Virus record (IMG/VR): IMGVR_UViG_3300027808_000058
Location: 1-41,729 of that record
DNA: 41,729 bases
Origin: a virus
Lineage: Duplodnaviria > Caudoviricetes
Reading direction: 5' to 3' (one strand)
Part shown: piece by piece, positions 26,360 through 36,093 of the stretch
Layout of the letters: every line of letters begins with the position of its first letter
Position numbering within the stretch: position 1 is the first letter of the stretch
Notes under the pieces: generated by a model
The model's input: the letters and a program-made list of their open reading frames with translations, nothing else
What the model was told of the DNA's origin: nothing
Databases searched by the model: none
Translations under genes and position numbers: made by a program

Positions 26360-26934
26360 GCATACCCGTAACTGATACCTTCACATATCAAATTCATCTG
26401 CACCACAATAGCCATAGCATAGGCCACAGCATGAGCTTTCTTGAAATAATATTCCTCAGTCGTTGGTTTCGTCCATACTGACTGCGTTACTTCTGTCCAC
26501 GGTTTGCCTAACAAATGTTTCTTGGCGGGGCGTATGATTGCTAGACACGCCGCGAGCTCTTCTATATTTTTCGGTTTCATTTTCCTCAATACGTGCCCGT
26601 GCCCATTCACGTGAAAGAGCAGATTCGTGAAGTCGTCCTGTTCCAATAGATCCCATAGTGGTTCAATCTCCATAAGTTGTTTAAGGTGTGCCTCATCCCT
26701 TACACCTTTGTAAATGCTAACATTCAAAAAATCTATCTTAAAATATCCACGTTCTTCTGCTTGCTTATAATCTATTGTGCTAAGTCCAGTAAGTGGATTG
26801 TACGGAATACTAGTACAATATACACCGGTATTGTGCTTTTTAAAAGTTCCATTATCTCCAATGGCGGCTGGAATATGCTTTAAAATATCCAACGCATCTG
26901 TGCGATCTAAAAAGTCTATATCAATATCAGGCAT
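26356..26934 (-). CDS. miniature DNA polymerase III alpha (DnaE, family C)-like protein
   Basis: PDIDIDF, KHNTGVY, FKIDFL, AIIRP, YYFKKAHAVAYA in DnaE order within 192 aa. Confidence 0.85.
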   Translation of the reverse strand: MPDIDIDFLDRTDALDILKHIPAAIGDNGTFKKHNTGVYCTSIPYNPLTGLSTIDYKQAEERGYFKIDFLNVSIYKGVRDEAHLKQLMEIEPLWDLLEQDDFTNLLFHVNGHGHVLRKMKPKNIEELAACLAIIRPAKKHLLGKPWTEVTQSVWTKPTTEEYYFKKAHAVAYAMAIVVQMNLICEGISYGYA

Positions 26935-27703
26935 CTTTATTGTTCCTTGTTAACAGATAGTTTAATTTGTCAAATAACTTTTTATGGGCATGTTTTCCGG
27001 GATGCGCATTATCTGGAAATTCAGACGAAGCGCAATCTAGTTTTAATATAGTATCAATATTATCTAACATTTTAGATTTTTCTTCTATGGAGTCTGTACA
27101 ATTTGCAGAGTCAAACAGATCTAAATTACAAACACCGTGAGAAAAAGGTAATTTAATTCCAAGTATTTCTGAATGCCAATCTTCTATCAACAATTCTATT
27201 TGGCCAACAATATTATCAAAGTCGTCTACATCTATTGGAGCTTGGCCTCCAATAACAATAGTTTTACATTTGAGCGTTGATATCAAATCAGTAAATTCTT
27301 GATATGCTAAAATTGCTAAATCTTTAGTTAATTTAGGTATGCTAAATTTTATTTGCGGGGATGTTAGTATCTCGTTTCTATCTCTAAGACTTTCTGTGTG
27401 AAACCAAATTAGCCAATCAACTTCAGTAAGATTTACTAAAAAATATTGTTTAGCTTCTCTAATAGTTTCTAAGTTAGTGCCACCATTCTTTGCAAAATTA
27501 ATTACATTGTACCCTTCATTTTCTAATAACAATTCTAAATGTGTATCTGATGGATCGCCTAAATGAGTAACATTTATTTCTACATCGTCAGAATATAGTG
27601 TTTTTATTTTTTCAATAGTATTATTAATATAGTTAATAGGAGCATAATTAGGAACACCCCAACTATCTCCTATAATTACTAAAGTTTGTTTAATCTTGGA
27701 CAT
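26927..27703 (-). CDS. SGNH/GDSL hydrolase-like protein
   Basis: Block I IIGDSW, block II NFAKNGGTN, block V DNAHP; likely start MSKIKQ at 27703. Confidence 0.75.
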   Translation of the reverse strand: MSKIKQTLVIIGDSWGVPNYAPINYINNTIEKIKTLYSDDVEINVTHLGDPSDTHLELLLENEGYNVINFAKNGGTNLETIREAKQYFLVNLTEVDWLIWFHTESLRDRNEILTSPQIKFSIPKLTKDLAILAYQEFTDLISTLKCKTIVIGGQAPIDVDDFDNIVGQIELLIEDWHSEILGIKLPFSHGVCNLDLFDSANCTDSIEEKSKMLDNIDTILKLDCASSEFPDNAHPGKHAHKKLFDKLNYLLTRNNKDA

Positions 27704-27887
27704 CTTTTCCATCCCACACCGCAATTTTTTTCCATTGTAAATTACCTGGAGTAGTATAAGGAATATACACTTCTCCAGTTTCTTTATCAACCAACACCCA
27801 CTTGTCTGGACACTTTGATGTTATTGAAAGAGTGATTGCCGTGTCGTATTCTTCCGCTTCTGTACCATCTAATAATTTTCTTTTCAT
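27690..27887 (-). CDS. small hypothetical protein
   Basis: 65 aa; GGAG upstream; overlaps both neighbours. Confidence 0.75.
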   Translation of the reverse strand: MKRKLLDGTEAEEYDTAITLSITSKCPDKWVLVDKETGEVYIPYTTPGNLQWKKIAVWDGKDVQD

Positions 27888-28573
27888 ATGTTAGACTCCT
27901 TAACTACTTGTCTAACCAGTTCTACATCAGCAGGTAATTTTTTAAATTTGTTCATCCAAAATCGTGGATCGATAGTAGTACCAACTGCGGCTAGCTGTTC
28001 GTCACTAAATTTTGATAACATTGCTTTTCCGTTTTTACTGTTCAATATCACCCAAGGGCTTATCTTACCATCACGTATGTCAAAGGTTGCTCTGTTTAAA
28101 CTAACGTATAAAAAATAATGATTCCACTGACTTTGATGTGCATCTGCCCATGTCATCATATGTCCGATACTACGCTGTAGTGCTGTTTCCACAGTTTCTG
28201 TGCGAATTAAATTTGCAACATATTTTTCATACAATTCATCTCTGCACCAGTGATCTAATTTGATACCACTTGTAATGACATAGTCGATAAATCTGTCAGG
28301 ATACAACGGATTAACATTGCTAACAAAACTACCAAATTTAACAAATGCATTATAATAAGGACTTTTTGCAAACTCGTCATACGTTTTATTACCCTTTAAA
28401 TTTTGACTCATTTTAAAAAATCGATTAAAAGCATCATACCCCATAATGACATGTTTTTCAGTTTTAGCCAATGCTCTACGTTTTTGCTCGCAAAGATGTA
28501 CCATCAACGTTTTTTCTTTAGTAAACGTATTTGAACAGTACTGACAAACGTATTGTGCTATCTCTAATGTCAT
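27884..28573 (-). CDS. hypothetical protein with N-terminal zinc finger
   Basis: YVCQYC...F.....L..HLC. Confidence 0.75.
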   Translation of the reverse strand: MTLEIAQYVCQYCSNTFTKEKTLMVHLCEQKRRALAKTEKHVIMGYDAFNRFFKMSQNLKGNKTYDEFAKSPYYNAFVKFGSFVSNVNPLYPDRFIDYVITSGIKLDHWCRDELYEKYVANLIRTETVETALQRSIGHMMTWADAHQSQWNHYFLYVSLNRATFDIRDGKISPWVILNSKNGKAMLSKFSDEQLAAVGTTIDPRFWMNKFKKLPADVELVRQVVKESNI

Positions 28574-29052
28574 TTTAATAATTTTTTAACCTCTACGTCA
28601 TCCATGCCGCGCATCATTGCAAGTTCTTTAAACTCCGCATCGCTCATAAGTTCTGCAAGCAACTCGCAATCTACTTGTTTTTTTGCAGGATACAAATCTA
28701 ATAAAAATTTCACCTTCTTATCCGAACTAGTTCCTGGTTTCTTTTTAAAACCAATCCATTCGTGATAATGTATCTTTTTACTTTCGTGTCCGCACATGGC
28801 TAACAACATCCACATGAGTTTAGGATGCTTTTGTAACAGATTCCAGTGTTTATTAAAGTATTCGTTAACAGTCAGCAGATAATGCTGTTGTAATTCTGTA
28901 CTGTTGGTCTTTACATTGCTGATGTAACGATTCATGATAAAGAATTCGCTTTTCAACGATTTGCGTTGCTCGTCATCGAGCTCGTCCCAAAGACCAATAT
29001 AGCCGCTATCTACCGCCGCCATTACTTCTTTAATTGCTAGTTTCTGTGCCAT
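28570..29052 (-). CDS. 62: clamp-loader small subunit, T4 gp62-like
   Basis: FIMNRYIS...VNEY.N...WIGFKK..LL..YP pattern, size and replication context. Confidence 0.55.
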   Translation of the reverse strand: MAQKLAIKEVMAAVDSGYIGLWDELDDEQRKSLKSEFFIMNRYISNVKTNSTELQQHYLLTVNEYFNKHWNLLQKHPKLMWMLLAMCGHESKKIHYHEWIGFKKKPGTSSDKKVKFLLDLYPAKKQVDCELLAELMSDAEFKELAMMRGMDDVEVKKLLK

Positions 29053-29671
29053 CTAACGCCTTTGGAATTAATACTGCATCGAATGCCATAACAGTTCTAT
29101 TACCAGTTCCCTTCCAGGGATACACCAAATGTGAAACATAGCTTGGAAACATCAGAATATTCTTGGCTTCTGGTCTATAGCACCAGCCGTCTTGTAAAAT
29201 AAACTTGGTTACATCTTTTTCTACCGGAAACTTAAACAAAATATTGCCATCAATATTTGTACTGTTTTCATCCAATATGGGTGTTTCTATGTACATATTA
29301 CCCGACAAGTGACCTGCCGGATGGTTGTGCATGGCTTGATATTCGCCGGAGTTTTGCTTGATAGTCCATATACTAGTGACTTTAACTGATACATAATCCA
29401 TATCGGATACCATGCTTTGTGTTTTGATCTGTTGTATGTACTGGGTCAATTGTTCTTCTAAGAATTCAGTCAACCAATCTACATTGATGCTAGCATCGTT
29501 AGGTAGCACTTGTATTTGTTGTCCTCCGCGCACACTTAATCCATTATTGCCAGCATCGTTAAGATCTGTTCGTTCGTGAAGTTTTTCGGCTAGCTTTTTA
29601 ATTCTTTCAAACATATCATCGGGTATTGAGTCAATACCCATAATCAATGGATTAAAAAATGCATATTTCAT
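29030..29671 (-). CDS. putative 2OG-Fe(II) oxygenase (TIGR02466-like)
   Basis: W....GEYQ..HNH, LSG.MY, MFPSY.SH.V.P, R..MAF. Confidence 0.8.
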   Translation of the reverse strand: MKYAFFNPLIMGIDSIPDDMFERIKKLAEKLHERTDLNDAGNNGLSVRGGQQIQVLPNDASINVDWLTEFLEEQLTQYIQQIKTQSMVSDMDYVSVKVTSIWTIKQNSGEYQAMHNHPAGHLSGNMYIETPILDENSTNIDGNILFKFPVEKDVTKFILQDGWCYRPEAKNILMFPSYVSHLVYPWKGTGNRTVMAFDAVLIPKALDGTETSN

Positions 29672-29952
29672 TGTATTTTATCCTTACTCAACTTGTATAT
29701 CATTATAGCACGATCCAGGGCCTTTTGTAAAGTGATATTGGTTTTCGCTTCTCTATGAATTTCGCCCCACATCTTACTTTCTCGTATCTGCTCAATTAAC
29801 GGCCTGCCATCGCTGGTACGAGGATCGGGTCTATCTTCCATTTCGTATTTGTATCCAATCAATTTACGATCAGTTTCCCCAAACTCACGAGCATATACTT
29901 CATCGCCATTGCGTTCATAAATGTAAGTTGCTCCAGGTTTAAGACTGCCCAT
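29668..29952 (-). CDS. hypothetical phage protein
   Basis: 94 aa, tightly packed in the operon. Confidence 0.75.
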   Translation of the reverse strand: MGSLKPGATYIYERNGDEVYAREFGETDRKLIGYKYEMEDRPDPRTSDGRPLIEQIRESKMWGEIHREAKTNITLQKALDRAIMIYKLSKDKIQ

Positions 29953-29953
29953 T

Positions 29954-30460
29954 TTATAATATCTTACTCAAATCTATAATTTCACTTTGACGGCTAATTT
30001 CTTTGCAAAAATAGGCACAGTCTGGTTTGTGATCGTTACTCAGCGGAGTTGCAAGTAATTGATTATTTTTCATCTTGGGGAAATACCATTTGACATCATT
30101 GTAAAAATTTACAATTTCAATTTTCTTAAATTCTACTCTAAAACTACTGAGTGGATTAAAAATTAATGCTTCAAATCCTCTATCATTCAAGCTGGTCAAA
30201 GGTAAAATTTCAATGTCACAACCACTTGAACTATCACCTACCGCTATGTGCCAATCTATAGGCATTGTGACTTGTTTCCCGCCAATGTTAAGTACCATTG
30301 CTGGTGCATTAAAAGATTCTAAGAATATTAATGGCATAAAGAAAAAATCTGGTTCTTTAGGATCACTGTTGTCTAGCACGGCAAATCTACACTCCTCGTC
30401 TACTTCCTCTGGAAGATTATCCAGTAAAAATGTTTTATTTTCTAATGTTAATATTTGCAT
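29954..30460 (-). CDS. conserved hypothetical phage protein
   Basis: 168 aa; SD AAGGA; directly downstream of uvsW. Confidence 0.8.
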   Translation of the reverse strand: MQILTLENKTFLLDNLPEEVDEECRFAVLDNSDPKEPDFFFMPLIFLESFNAPAMVLNIGGKQVTMPIDWHIAVGDSSSGCDIEILPLTSLNDRGFEALIFNPLSSFRVEFKKIEIVNFYNDVKWYFPKMKNNQLLATPLSNDHKPDCAYFCKEISRQSEIIDLSKIL

Positions 30461-30466
30461 AATTCC

Positions 30467-31930
30467 TTATCGTTGCCAATCCGTTTTTTCAATAGTAAAC
30501 GGATATTTGGCGTCCTTGTAAAATTTCTTACGCTCAGTAAGATGCCTTTTTGCATACTTACAGGTACTGGTTATGTCCCAGATTTGTACGAAGTCTTTGT
30601 CTTCTGCTTTTCGAATACCTCGGCCAATTGATTGTATAACGCGGACAAAGCTCTTTCCGGGCTCAAGAAGAACCATATTAAAAATCCTAGGGATATTAAT
30701 ACCAACAGCGGCCACACCAAAAGTCGCCACAATAATCTTGTTATCATTCGTTTTAATTTCGTCATATTCTTCTTTTCTATCTTTGGTTTTGACCTCGCCC
30801 GAGATAAACACTGCTTCTGGAATTTCATTGATAATAAATTTGCCTGAATCAATTCTATTAACTAACACTAGTGTATTGCCTGATTGAGATATTGTTTTAA
30901 TTAGTTTACTTAGGTATATCATCCTGTCTTCATCTGTAACAAGATATTTTAATTCTTCTGGATAACTGCTGAATTCTTTTAAATCCATCAACTGCACCAC
31001 GTTGACATGACAGTCACTTAGTACACCTTTGGTTTGTAACTCGTGTGCTTGTATGCTGTGAATTACTGGACCAAGACTTGCAAAGATAGCTTCGAATTCA
31101 TGTGCTTCTTTGGGAACCGTTCCTGTTAGTCCCCAACGTATGGGTGCATTACATAGGTTTTGCGTAAGTAAATTTTTCAACACTTCTGCCTTGGCCATGT
31201 GTACTTCGTCAACAATAACAGTTTTAACTCCGTCGAGAAATTCTGCCAGTGTTACAATGTCATGTTCTTGATTCTTTGATTTCTTATCCAATATATTAAG
31301 ACTCTGCCAAGTACAAATTGTGTGTGTTTTATTGAGATCTTTGCGGTCACCGTAGTACACACCCACGTCCAATCCGCAGTTGATAAAGTCTTCTTCAGTT
31401 TGCTCAACAAGACTTTTATTCGGTACAATAGTAATAGTGCGACCAAAGTTTTCACACAGTTTACTCAAGGTCGCAGTGATAATTGTCTTGCCTGCACCAG
31501 TAGCTACTTCTTGTAATGCTTGAGGATTTTTAAGAAAATTATTGATCACATCAAGTTGATAGTCACGCAATCGAATGGGTTGCCCTGCTTGTTGGTGTCC
31601 CATTGGCCAACACCGTTCTCCCCAGAAATCTTCAGTAACTTCTGGAAATGCCAGCTTGATCGGGTCACGCAGGTCTTCCACTTCTTCCAGCGAAATACCC
31701 AGGCCATGTAGTATTTGCATGACCTTTTCTAGTTGGTTCAAATAGCCGTTGCCGCCAAGGCCAAACAGGCTTACAGTGCCATCCCATCGACCCAGTTTAT
31801 ATGCAGGATGATATCTAGCATAAGGCGCAAAAAACTTAAATGCATTGGCTAATTTCTTTCGTGCGTCTAACTCAAGACCTTCGATCTTGATGTTAACTTC
31901 GTCTTTTATAATTAATTTTACAATGCCCAT
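30467..31930 (-). CDS. uvsW: UvsW-like superfamily 2 DNA helicase
   Basis: LRDYQ, ATGAGKT, DEVH, GLTGT, GINIP, QSIGRGIR; N-terminal GRWDG. Confidence 0.9.
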   Translation of the reverse strand: MGIVKLIIKDEVNIKIEGLELDARKKLANAFKFFAPYARYHPAYKLGRWDGTVSLFGLGGNGYLNQLEKVMQILHGLGISLEEVEDLRDPIKLAFPEVTEDFWGERCWPMGHQQAGQPIRLRDYQLDVINNFLKNPQALQEVATGAGKTIITATLSKLCENFGRTITIVPNKSLVEQTEEDFINCGLDVGVYYGDRKDLNKTHTICTWQSLNILDKKSKNQEHDIVTLAEFLDGVKTVIVDEVHMAKAEVLKNLLTQNLCNAPIRWGLTGTVPKEAHEFEAIFASLGPVIHSIQAHELQTKGVLSDCHVNVVQLMDLKEFSSYPEELKYLVTDEDRMIYLSKLIKTISQSGNTLVLVNRIDSGKFIINEIPEAVFISGEVKTKDRKEEYDEIKTNDNKIIVATFGVAAVGINIPRIFNMVLLEPGKSFVRVIQSIGRGIRKAEDKDFVQIWDITSTCKYAKRHLTERKKFYKDAKYPFTIEKTDWQR

Positions 31931-33129
31931 GTACTGGTAGCCCATCCTGTGTTGTTGTCGAATATGCTTGGCTTATCTGAATACGAAATAATTAAATCGC
32001 ATCGATTGCTGTATATTGCAGTCTTGCCATGTCTTAAGTTGTTACCAAACACTATAACACTTTTTGGTGCCCAATTGCAATCTTTTAGGAAGAATTTGGG
32101 TAATTTTCCTGTTTGTATTCCCGCCACTATGGTTGCGCTGTCCAACGGAGCATTGTAATGATTTTCTTGTATTACACCGTTGAATACCTTACCAGCGGTG
32201 TCGTTTTGCAGTCTAAAGTATATGCCTACATGATTGAAAATTTCGTTATTTTCCAAGGATTTTTGAAGGTTTTTTAGAGTTTTAGTACAAACATCTGCGC
32301 TGTGACTGTCAAAGATAACTAGCAATGGAAATCGTTTGAGATCTTTTAAATTACCAATAACATCGGATAATTCATAAGCATTTGAGTCAATCCATATTTT
32401 TTGTTGTGTTCTGTGAGCAATGAGATCTTGCAATTTTACCTCATTTTTCTCGACTTTTTTGGTCAAAAAGTGATAACGTGTTTTGCGATCAGCTATGATT
32501 AACAAATTGGTCACGGACTCAACACCAATGTCCTTTTCCAAGGAAGATTTTATTGGTTCGTATAAATTTTCACCAAAAAAGAATTTATTACACTCATCAG
32601 CGAATTTCCATTTTTTGATAATTTCGTAAAAATCGGTGATTTTTTGGTCAAATTCGAATTTACTTGGTCTTAATAAATCTATGATTGCAACAATATTTTT
32701 TTCAGTTAGTTCAATACTGATAAGTCTGGTACTGTGTACTGTGATGTTGTTTTCAATAAGTTTTCCAATGCCTTGTAATGTTTTTCTTACAGCACTGTTG
32801 GGGGAATATTCAACAAAGATGGCAGGTTCTTTATCTTTTAGTGTTTTTATGTAGACTTTTTTAGTGTTGTCTACTGCACGGAATCTTCTTGACCAAGCGG
32901 GTACTAACAACACATCTGTCAAGGTGTTGTCGATGATTAAAAAATGACTGCTGTATTGTTCCAGTAATTTTAACAATAAACGACTTTGATTTTCAGTGAT
33001 AAAAACCGGACTTGACACCGCAGACGCAAGACTACGTAAAACTTTTGAATCTCGGGTGGGTAAATATTCTTCTATTTTTGGAGTAGTACAAGAAGTAATT
33101 TTTAAAAGTAAGTTATCTACAGTTATCAT
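31918..33129 (-). CDS. hypothetical protein (403 aa)
   Basis: Long AT-rich ORF with its own promoter; overlaps the uvsW start. Confidence 0.75.
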   Translation of the reverse strand: MITVDNLLLKITSCTTPKIEEYLPTRDSKVLRSLASAVSSPVFITENQSRLLLKLLEQYSSHFLIIDNTLTDVLLVPAWSRRFRAVDNTKKVYIKTLKDKEPAIFVEYSPNSAVRKTLQGIGKLIENNITVHSTRLISIELTEKNIVAIIDLLRPSKFEFDQKITDFYEIIKKWKFADECNKFFFGENLYEPIKSSLEKDIGVESVTNLLIIADRKTRYHFLTKKVEKNEVKLQDLIAHRTQQKIWIDSNAYELSDVIGNLKDLKRFPLLVIFDSHSADVCTKTLKNLQKSLENNEIFNHVGIYFRLQNDTAGKVFNGVIQENHYNAPLDSATIVAGIQTGKLPKFFLKDCNWAPKSVIVFGNNLRHGKTAIYSNRCDLIISYSDKPSIFDNNTGWATSTWAL

Positions 33130-33136
33130 ACTTTAT

Positions 33137-33165
33137 ATTATACAGAGTGCAATTACAAAAGTCAA
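33137..33165 (-). promoter_or_regulatory. sigma70 promoter giving a leaderless mRNA
   Basis: TTGACT, 17 bp, TATAAT, then 7 nt to ATG at 33129. Confidence 0.85.
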
Positions 33166-33186
33166 CACTTTTGTATAATATATTTT

Positions 33187-33639
33187 TTAAAGTGTTGCGT
33201 CTTCCATACCAGCGGTACGAAGCTTAATCACATTTGAAAGTTGCCATTGTTTGACATCAAGCCCTTTGGTAATGCCTAACCATTTGTTGCGTAACAGGGC
33301 AAACTCGTTGATAATCTTTTCAAAGTCCACAACGTCAGCTTCACCTTCAACGAACTTTTCACAGTCCCTTGAAGATAAAGCTCGTTGATAATTTTCTAAA
33401 TATTTGCGAAAATGTTGACTTTTCAAGCGTCTAAGTTCAATATGTAGGTACTCAAGGATAGCTTCAATTTCTTGTAACTGACTGAATCGTTGTTCAACAA
33501 TACCCGGCATTGCCGCGGCCGCCCTTTCAATATTGCCTTTAATATTCGTGTCCTGACGTGCGCCAATTAACTCATCGTTAAAATATGACACAGCATCTGG
33601 AATATAAGAAATGTCTTTGCTAACCTTACTGTACCACAT
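33187..33639 (-). CDS. uvsY: UvsY-like recombination mediator
   Basis: 150-aa helical protein between uvsX and uvsW; terminal K.LD.KQWQLSNVIKLR.AG pattern. Confidence 0.7.
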   Translation of the reverse strand: MWYSKVSKDISYIPDAVSYFNDELIGARQDTNIKGNIERAAAAMPGIVEQRFSQLQEIEAILEYLHIELRRLKSQHFRKYLENYQRALSSRDCEKFVEGEADVVDFEKIINEFALLRNKWLGITKGLDVKQWQLSNVIKLRTAGMEDATL

Positions 33640-33640
33640 A

Positions 33641-33871
33641 TTATTCTAGCTCTTTATAGTCATCATCATCGTCGGACTCTTCATCCAAATAGTATTCAAT
33701 TGCTTGATCCAGCACAGCATCGACACCTGTTGCACCTTCTAGTACTCGGTCACTTGTACCAAAATCTGCTAGTAGGTCAACATATCGTTCGGCCGCCACA
33801 TCAATAATTTTCTTGTCAATATACTCACTAAACAAGATCCATACATCTGCTATTTGTGTTTCAGTCAACAT
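33641..33871 (-). CDS. small very acidic hypothetical protein
   Basis: 76 aa, D/E-rich, overlaps the uvsX stop. Confidence 0.75.
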   Translation of the reverse strand: MLTETQIADVWILFSEYIDKKIIDVAAERYVDLLADFGTSDRVLEGATGVDAVLDQAIEYYLDEESDDDDDYKELE

Positions 33872-34919
33872 TTTCGTCCGTCTCCTCAGGAATGGTTGTT
33901 GTTGTTAAAGACTTGATATGAAATTTTGCCATTAACATATCTAATTTATCATCTTTCCATTCTTTTCGGTAGAATTTGAATTCCTCGCCTGTGTCTGGAT
34001 CAATCCATGCAAGTCTGTTGCCAGATTGTTTTAACAAGCCAGCTTTTTCGCACATGTCAACCATTCCTGAATACGGATTCATTCCTGTTTCATATGGAAT
34101 TTTAATTTGCACAGTTTCAAAAGGCTTGCTGTAACGAGTCTTCATGATCTTGCAACTTGCACGAATACCCATTACGTCTGACACTTTGTTGCCGTCCTCA
34201 TCCTCTTTGAGTTTGAGTTTTTTCATAGCAACAACAATACTAGAAGCATAAACAAAACCTTGTCCGCCACTGATCTTGTCGTCTGGATCAAACATGTCCT
34301 GTGACGCATAAGTGTGATTTGTACAAACCATACCCACATTATAACTGCCGAACATATTGACACAGTTACGAACTAATGAGGTTAATGCTTTTGGCTTACG
34401 GCCCATATCCCCCTTCATGTCACCAGCTTGGAACTGATTAATGTCGGTAGGGGTAAGCAACATACCCAATGAGTCTATGACAAATAGGACTTTAGGACGC
34501 TCTGCCATTTCTTTGTACTCTTTCATGAATTCATGAATGGTTTTTGCCACGTCATCAATCATCGCCATGTTGAGTTTAAGAAGTTTTTCTTCGCTGGTGT
34601 CCACACCTAAATCGTGCAACCATTTTTCATCCAGTGCATTTTCAGTATCAATCAAGATAACATAGATGCCCTGTGCTTGTGCGTTACGCACTAGATTACC
34701 TGAACAGATAAAACTTTTACCAGCACCACTTTCGCCGGCAAACACAGTGACTTTGCCAAGTGGAATACCTTTGTGGAAATCTCCACTGATCAGATAGTTC
34801 AGCGTGTAATTGCCAGTGCTGATCCAATCTGTAGGATCGTTAAATCCCACACCAAGACCGTCAATGCTTTTGGTCAAGGTCTTTCTAAATTTTGATAAAT
34901 CGAAGGCTTTTGTAGCCAT
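33861..34919 (-). CDS. uvsX: RecA-like recombinase UvsX
   Basis: GESGAGKS, IDTENA, VIDSLG, TNHTY, SGGQG..YASS; SD AGGAG. Confidence 0.93.
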   Translation of the reverse strand: MATKAFDLSKFRKTLTKSIDGLGVGFNDPTDWISTGNYTLNYLISGDFHKGIPLGKVTVFAGESGAGKSFICSGNLVRNAQAQGIYVILIDTENALDEKWLHDLGVDTSEEKLLKLNMAMIDDVAKTIHEFMKEYKEMAERPKVLFVIDSLGMLLTPTDINQFQAGDMKGDMGRKPKALTSLVRNCVNMFGSYNVGMVCTNHTYASQDMFDPDDKISGGQGFVYASSIVVAMKKLKLKEDEDGNKVSDVMGIRASCKIMKTRYSKPFETVQIKIPYETGMNPYSGMVDMCEKAGLLKQSGNRLAWIDPDTGEEFKFYRKEWKDDKLDMLMAKFHIKSLTTTTIPEETDENVD

Positions 34920-34942
34920 AAGTTGTTTCTCCTATGATGATG

Positions 34943-34964
34943 TAAGGGGACCGAAGTCCCCTTA
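34943..34964 (-). terminator. cUUCGg hairpin (terminator or processing/stabilising stem)
   Basis: TAAGGGGAC-TTCG-GTCCCCTTA on the - strand between gp32 and uvsX; no U-tract on that strand. Confidence 0.6.
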
Positions 34965-34967
34965 TTT

Positions 34968-35942
34968 TTACTTCTGACGATTACGAATCATTGCCAAGAT
35001 GTCTTGGGCACGTGAGTCGCCGCCTGCTGAATCAGATGCTGTTGGCGCTGGTGCGGCCTTGGCTACTGGAGCAGGTGTGTCATCTTCATCATGTGATGCC
35101 GCTGGTGCAGGTGCGGCTTTTGGAGTTGCTTTGGGATCGCCAGTGTTTTGGCTCATCCCAGCTGGTTTGAAATACTGTCCCCAACGTTCCATGTCATATG
35201 GTTCGCCGTCGACTGAAGCTTCAAACATTTCTTTCATAACTTTCAATTCAACTTCGCCTGGCTTCTTAGGCAAGAAGTCACTCAAGTTAAACAAGCCATG
35301 TTGCTTGATAGCCGCATGTTCATCGTCACTTAGTGGACGTTCACGACGGGCCCAACTTGATGTTGAGTAGTCAGCATATCCGCCTTTGCTACCTTTCTTC
35401 ATACGATAGTCTAAGCCATGTACCAAGTCAGTTGGCAAATCTTCCAATTCTGGATCAACCAAAGCCGCACGGATGCTGGTAAAGATCTGTGGACCAATGA
35501 TGAAACGACGAATTGGATTTTCTGGCTTCTCGCTGGATTGTTCGCCAAGTCCGTCTTCTGCAACGAAACCTTGGAAAATATAACTGCGCTTTTTCCAGTA
35601 TTTACGACCCATGTCTTCCAGTGCTGGATCTTTGAACCATGCACGTACTTCTGCCAAGATTGGGCAAGTGTCGCCATACATTTCCACGCATGGTACTTGT
35701 ACTGTGATTGGTTTGCTTTCTGATTCACCTTTGATTCCAGCGAATGGCAATTTGATCATTGCACGTTCTACCCAGAAAAAAGTGTTGTCGGTGTTACCGT
35801 CTGGTAAAAATCTAAGTGTAGATTCGCCACCTTCTTTGAGGTTCCAGAATGGATAAATTGACTTATCACCACCTGTACGTTCTCCTGAACCTTTTTGTTC
35901 AGATGCTTTTAGTTTTGCTCGGATTTCTGCTAAAGATGCCAT
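34968..35942 (-). CDS. 32: single-stranded DNA-binding protein, T4 gp32-like
   Basis: LRFLP, C....CP, GYADYS.S.W, flexible acidic/AP tail; SD AGGAG. Confidence 0.88.
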   Translation of the reverse strand: MASLAEIRAKLKASEQKGSGERTGGDKSIYPFWNLKEGGESTLRFLPDGNTDNTFFWVERAMIKLPFAGIKGESESKPITVQVPCVEMYGDTCPILAEVRAWFKDPALEDMGRKYWKKRSYIFQGFVAEDGLGEQSSEKPENPIRRFIIGPQIFTSIRAALVDPELEDLPTDLVHGLDYRMKKGSKGGYADYSTSSWARRERPLSDDEHAAIKQHGLFNLSDFLPKKPGEVELKVMKEMFEASVDGEPYDMERWGQYFKPAGMSQNTGDPKATPKAAPAPAASHDEDDTPAPVAKAAPAPTASDSAGGDSRAQDILAMIRNRQK

Positions 35943-36028
35943 AATTGTTCTCCTATTAATAGCCTTAGTTTGCTTTTTGTGCCTATTATTATTTTATCAC
36001 CTTGATAAAATAAAAAGTGCATATACAT

Positions 36029-36057
36029 AGTATACGCACTTTTATTTAGTAAAGCAA
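36029..36057 (-). promoter_or_regulatory. composite gp32 promoter (sigma70 plus nested late TAAATA)
   Basis: TTGCTT, 17 bp, TATACT with TAAATA in the spacer; inverted repeat 36013-36043 covers the -10. Confidence 0.7.
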
Positions 36058-36093
36058 GAGAAATCTCGCCTGAAATATGAGTATTTTACTCAA

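Noticed and set aside
29954-30460. Intein/Hint domain
   Set aside because: No N-terminal Cys/Ser or terminal His-Asn motif.
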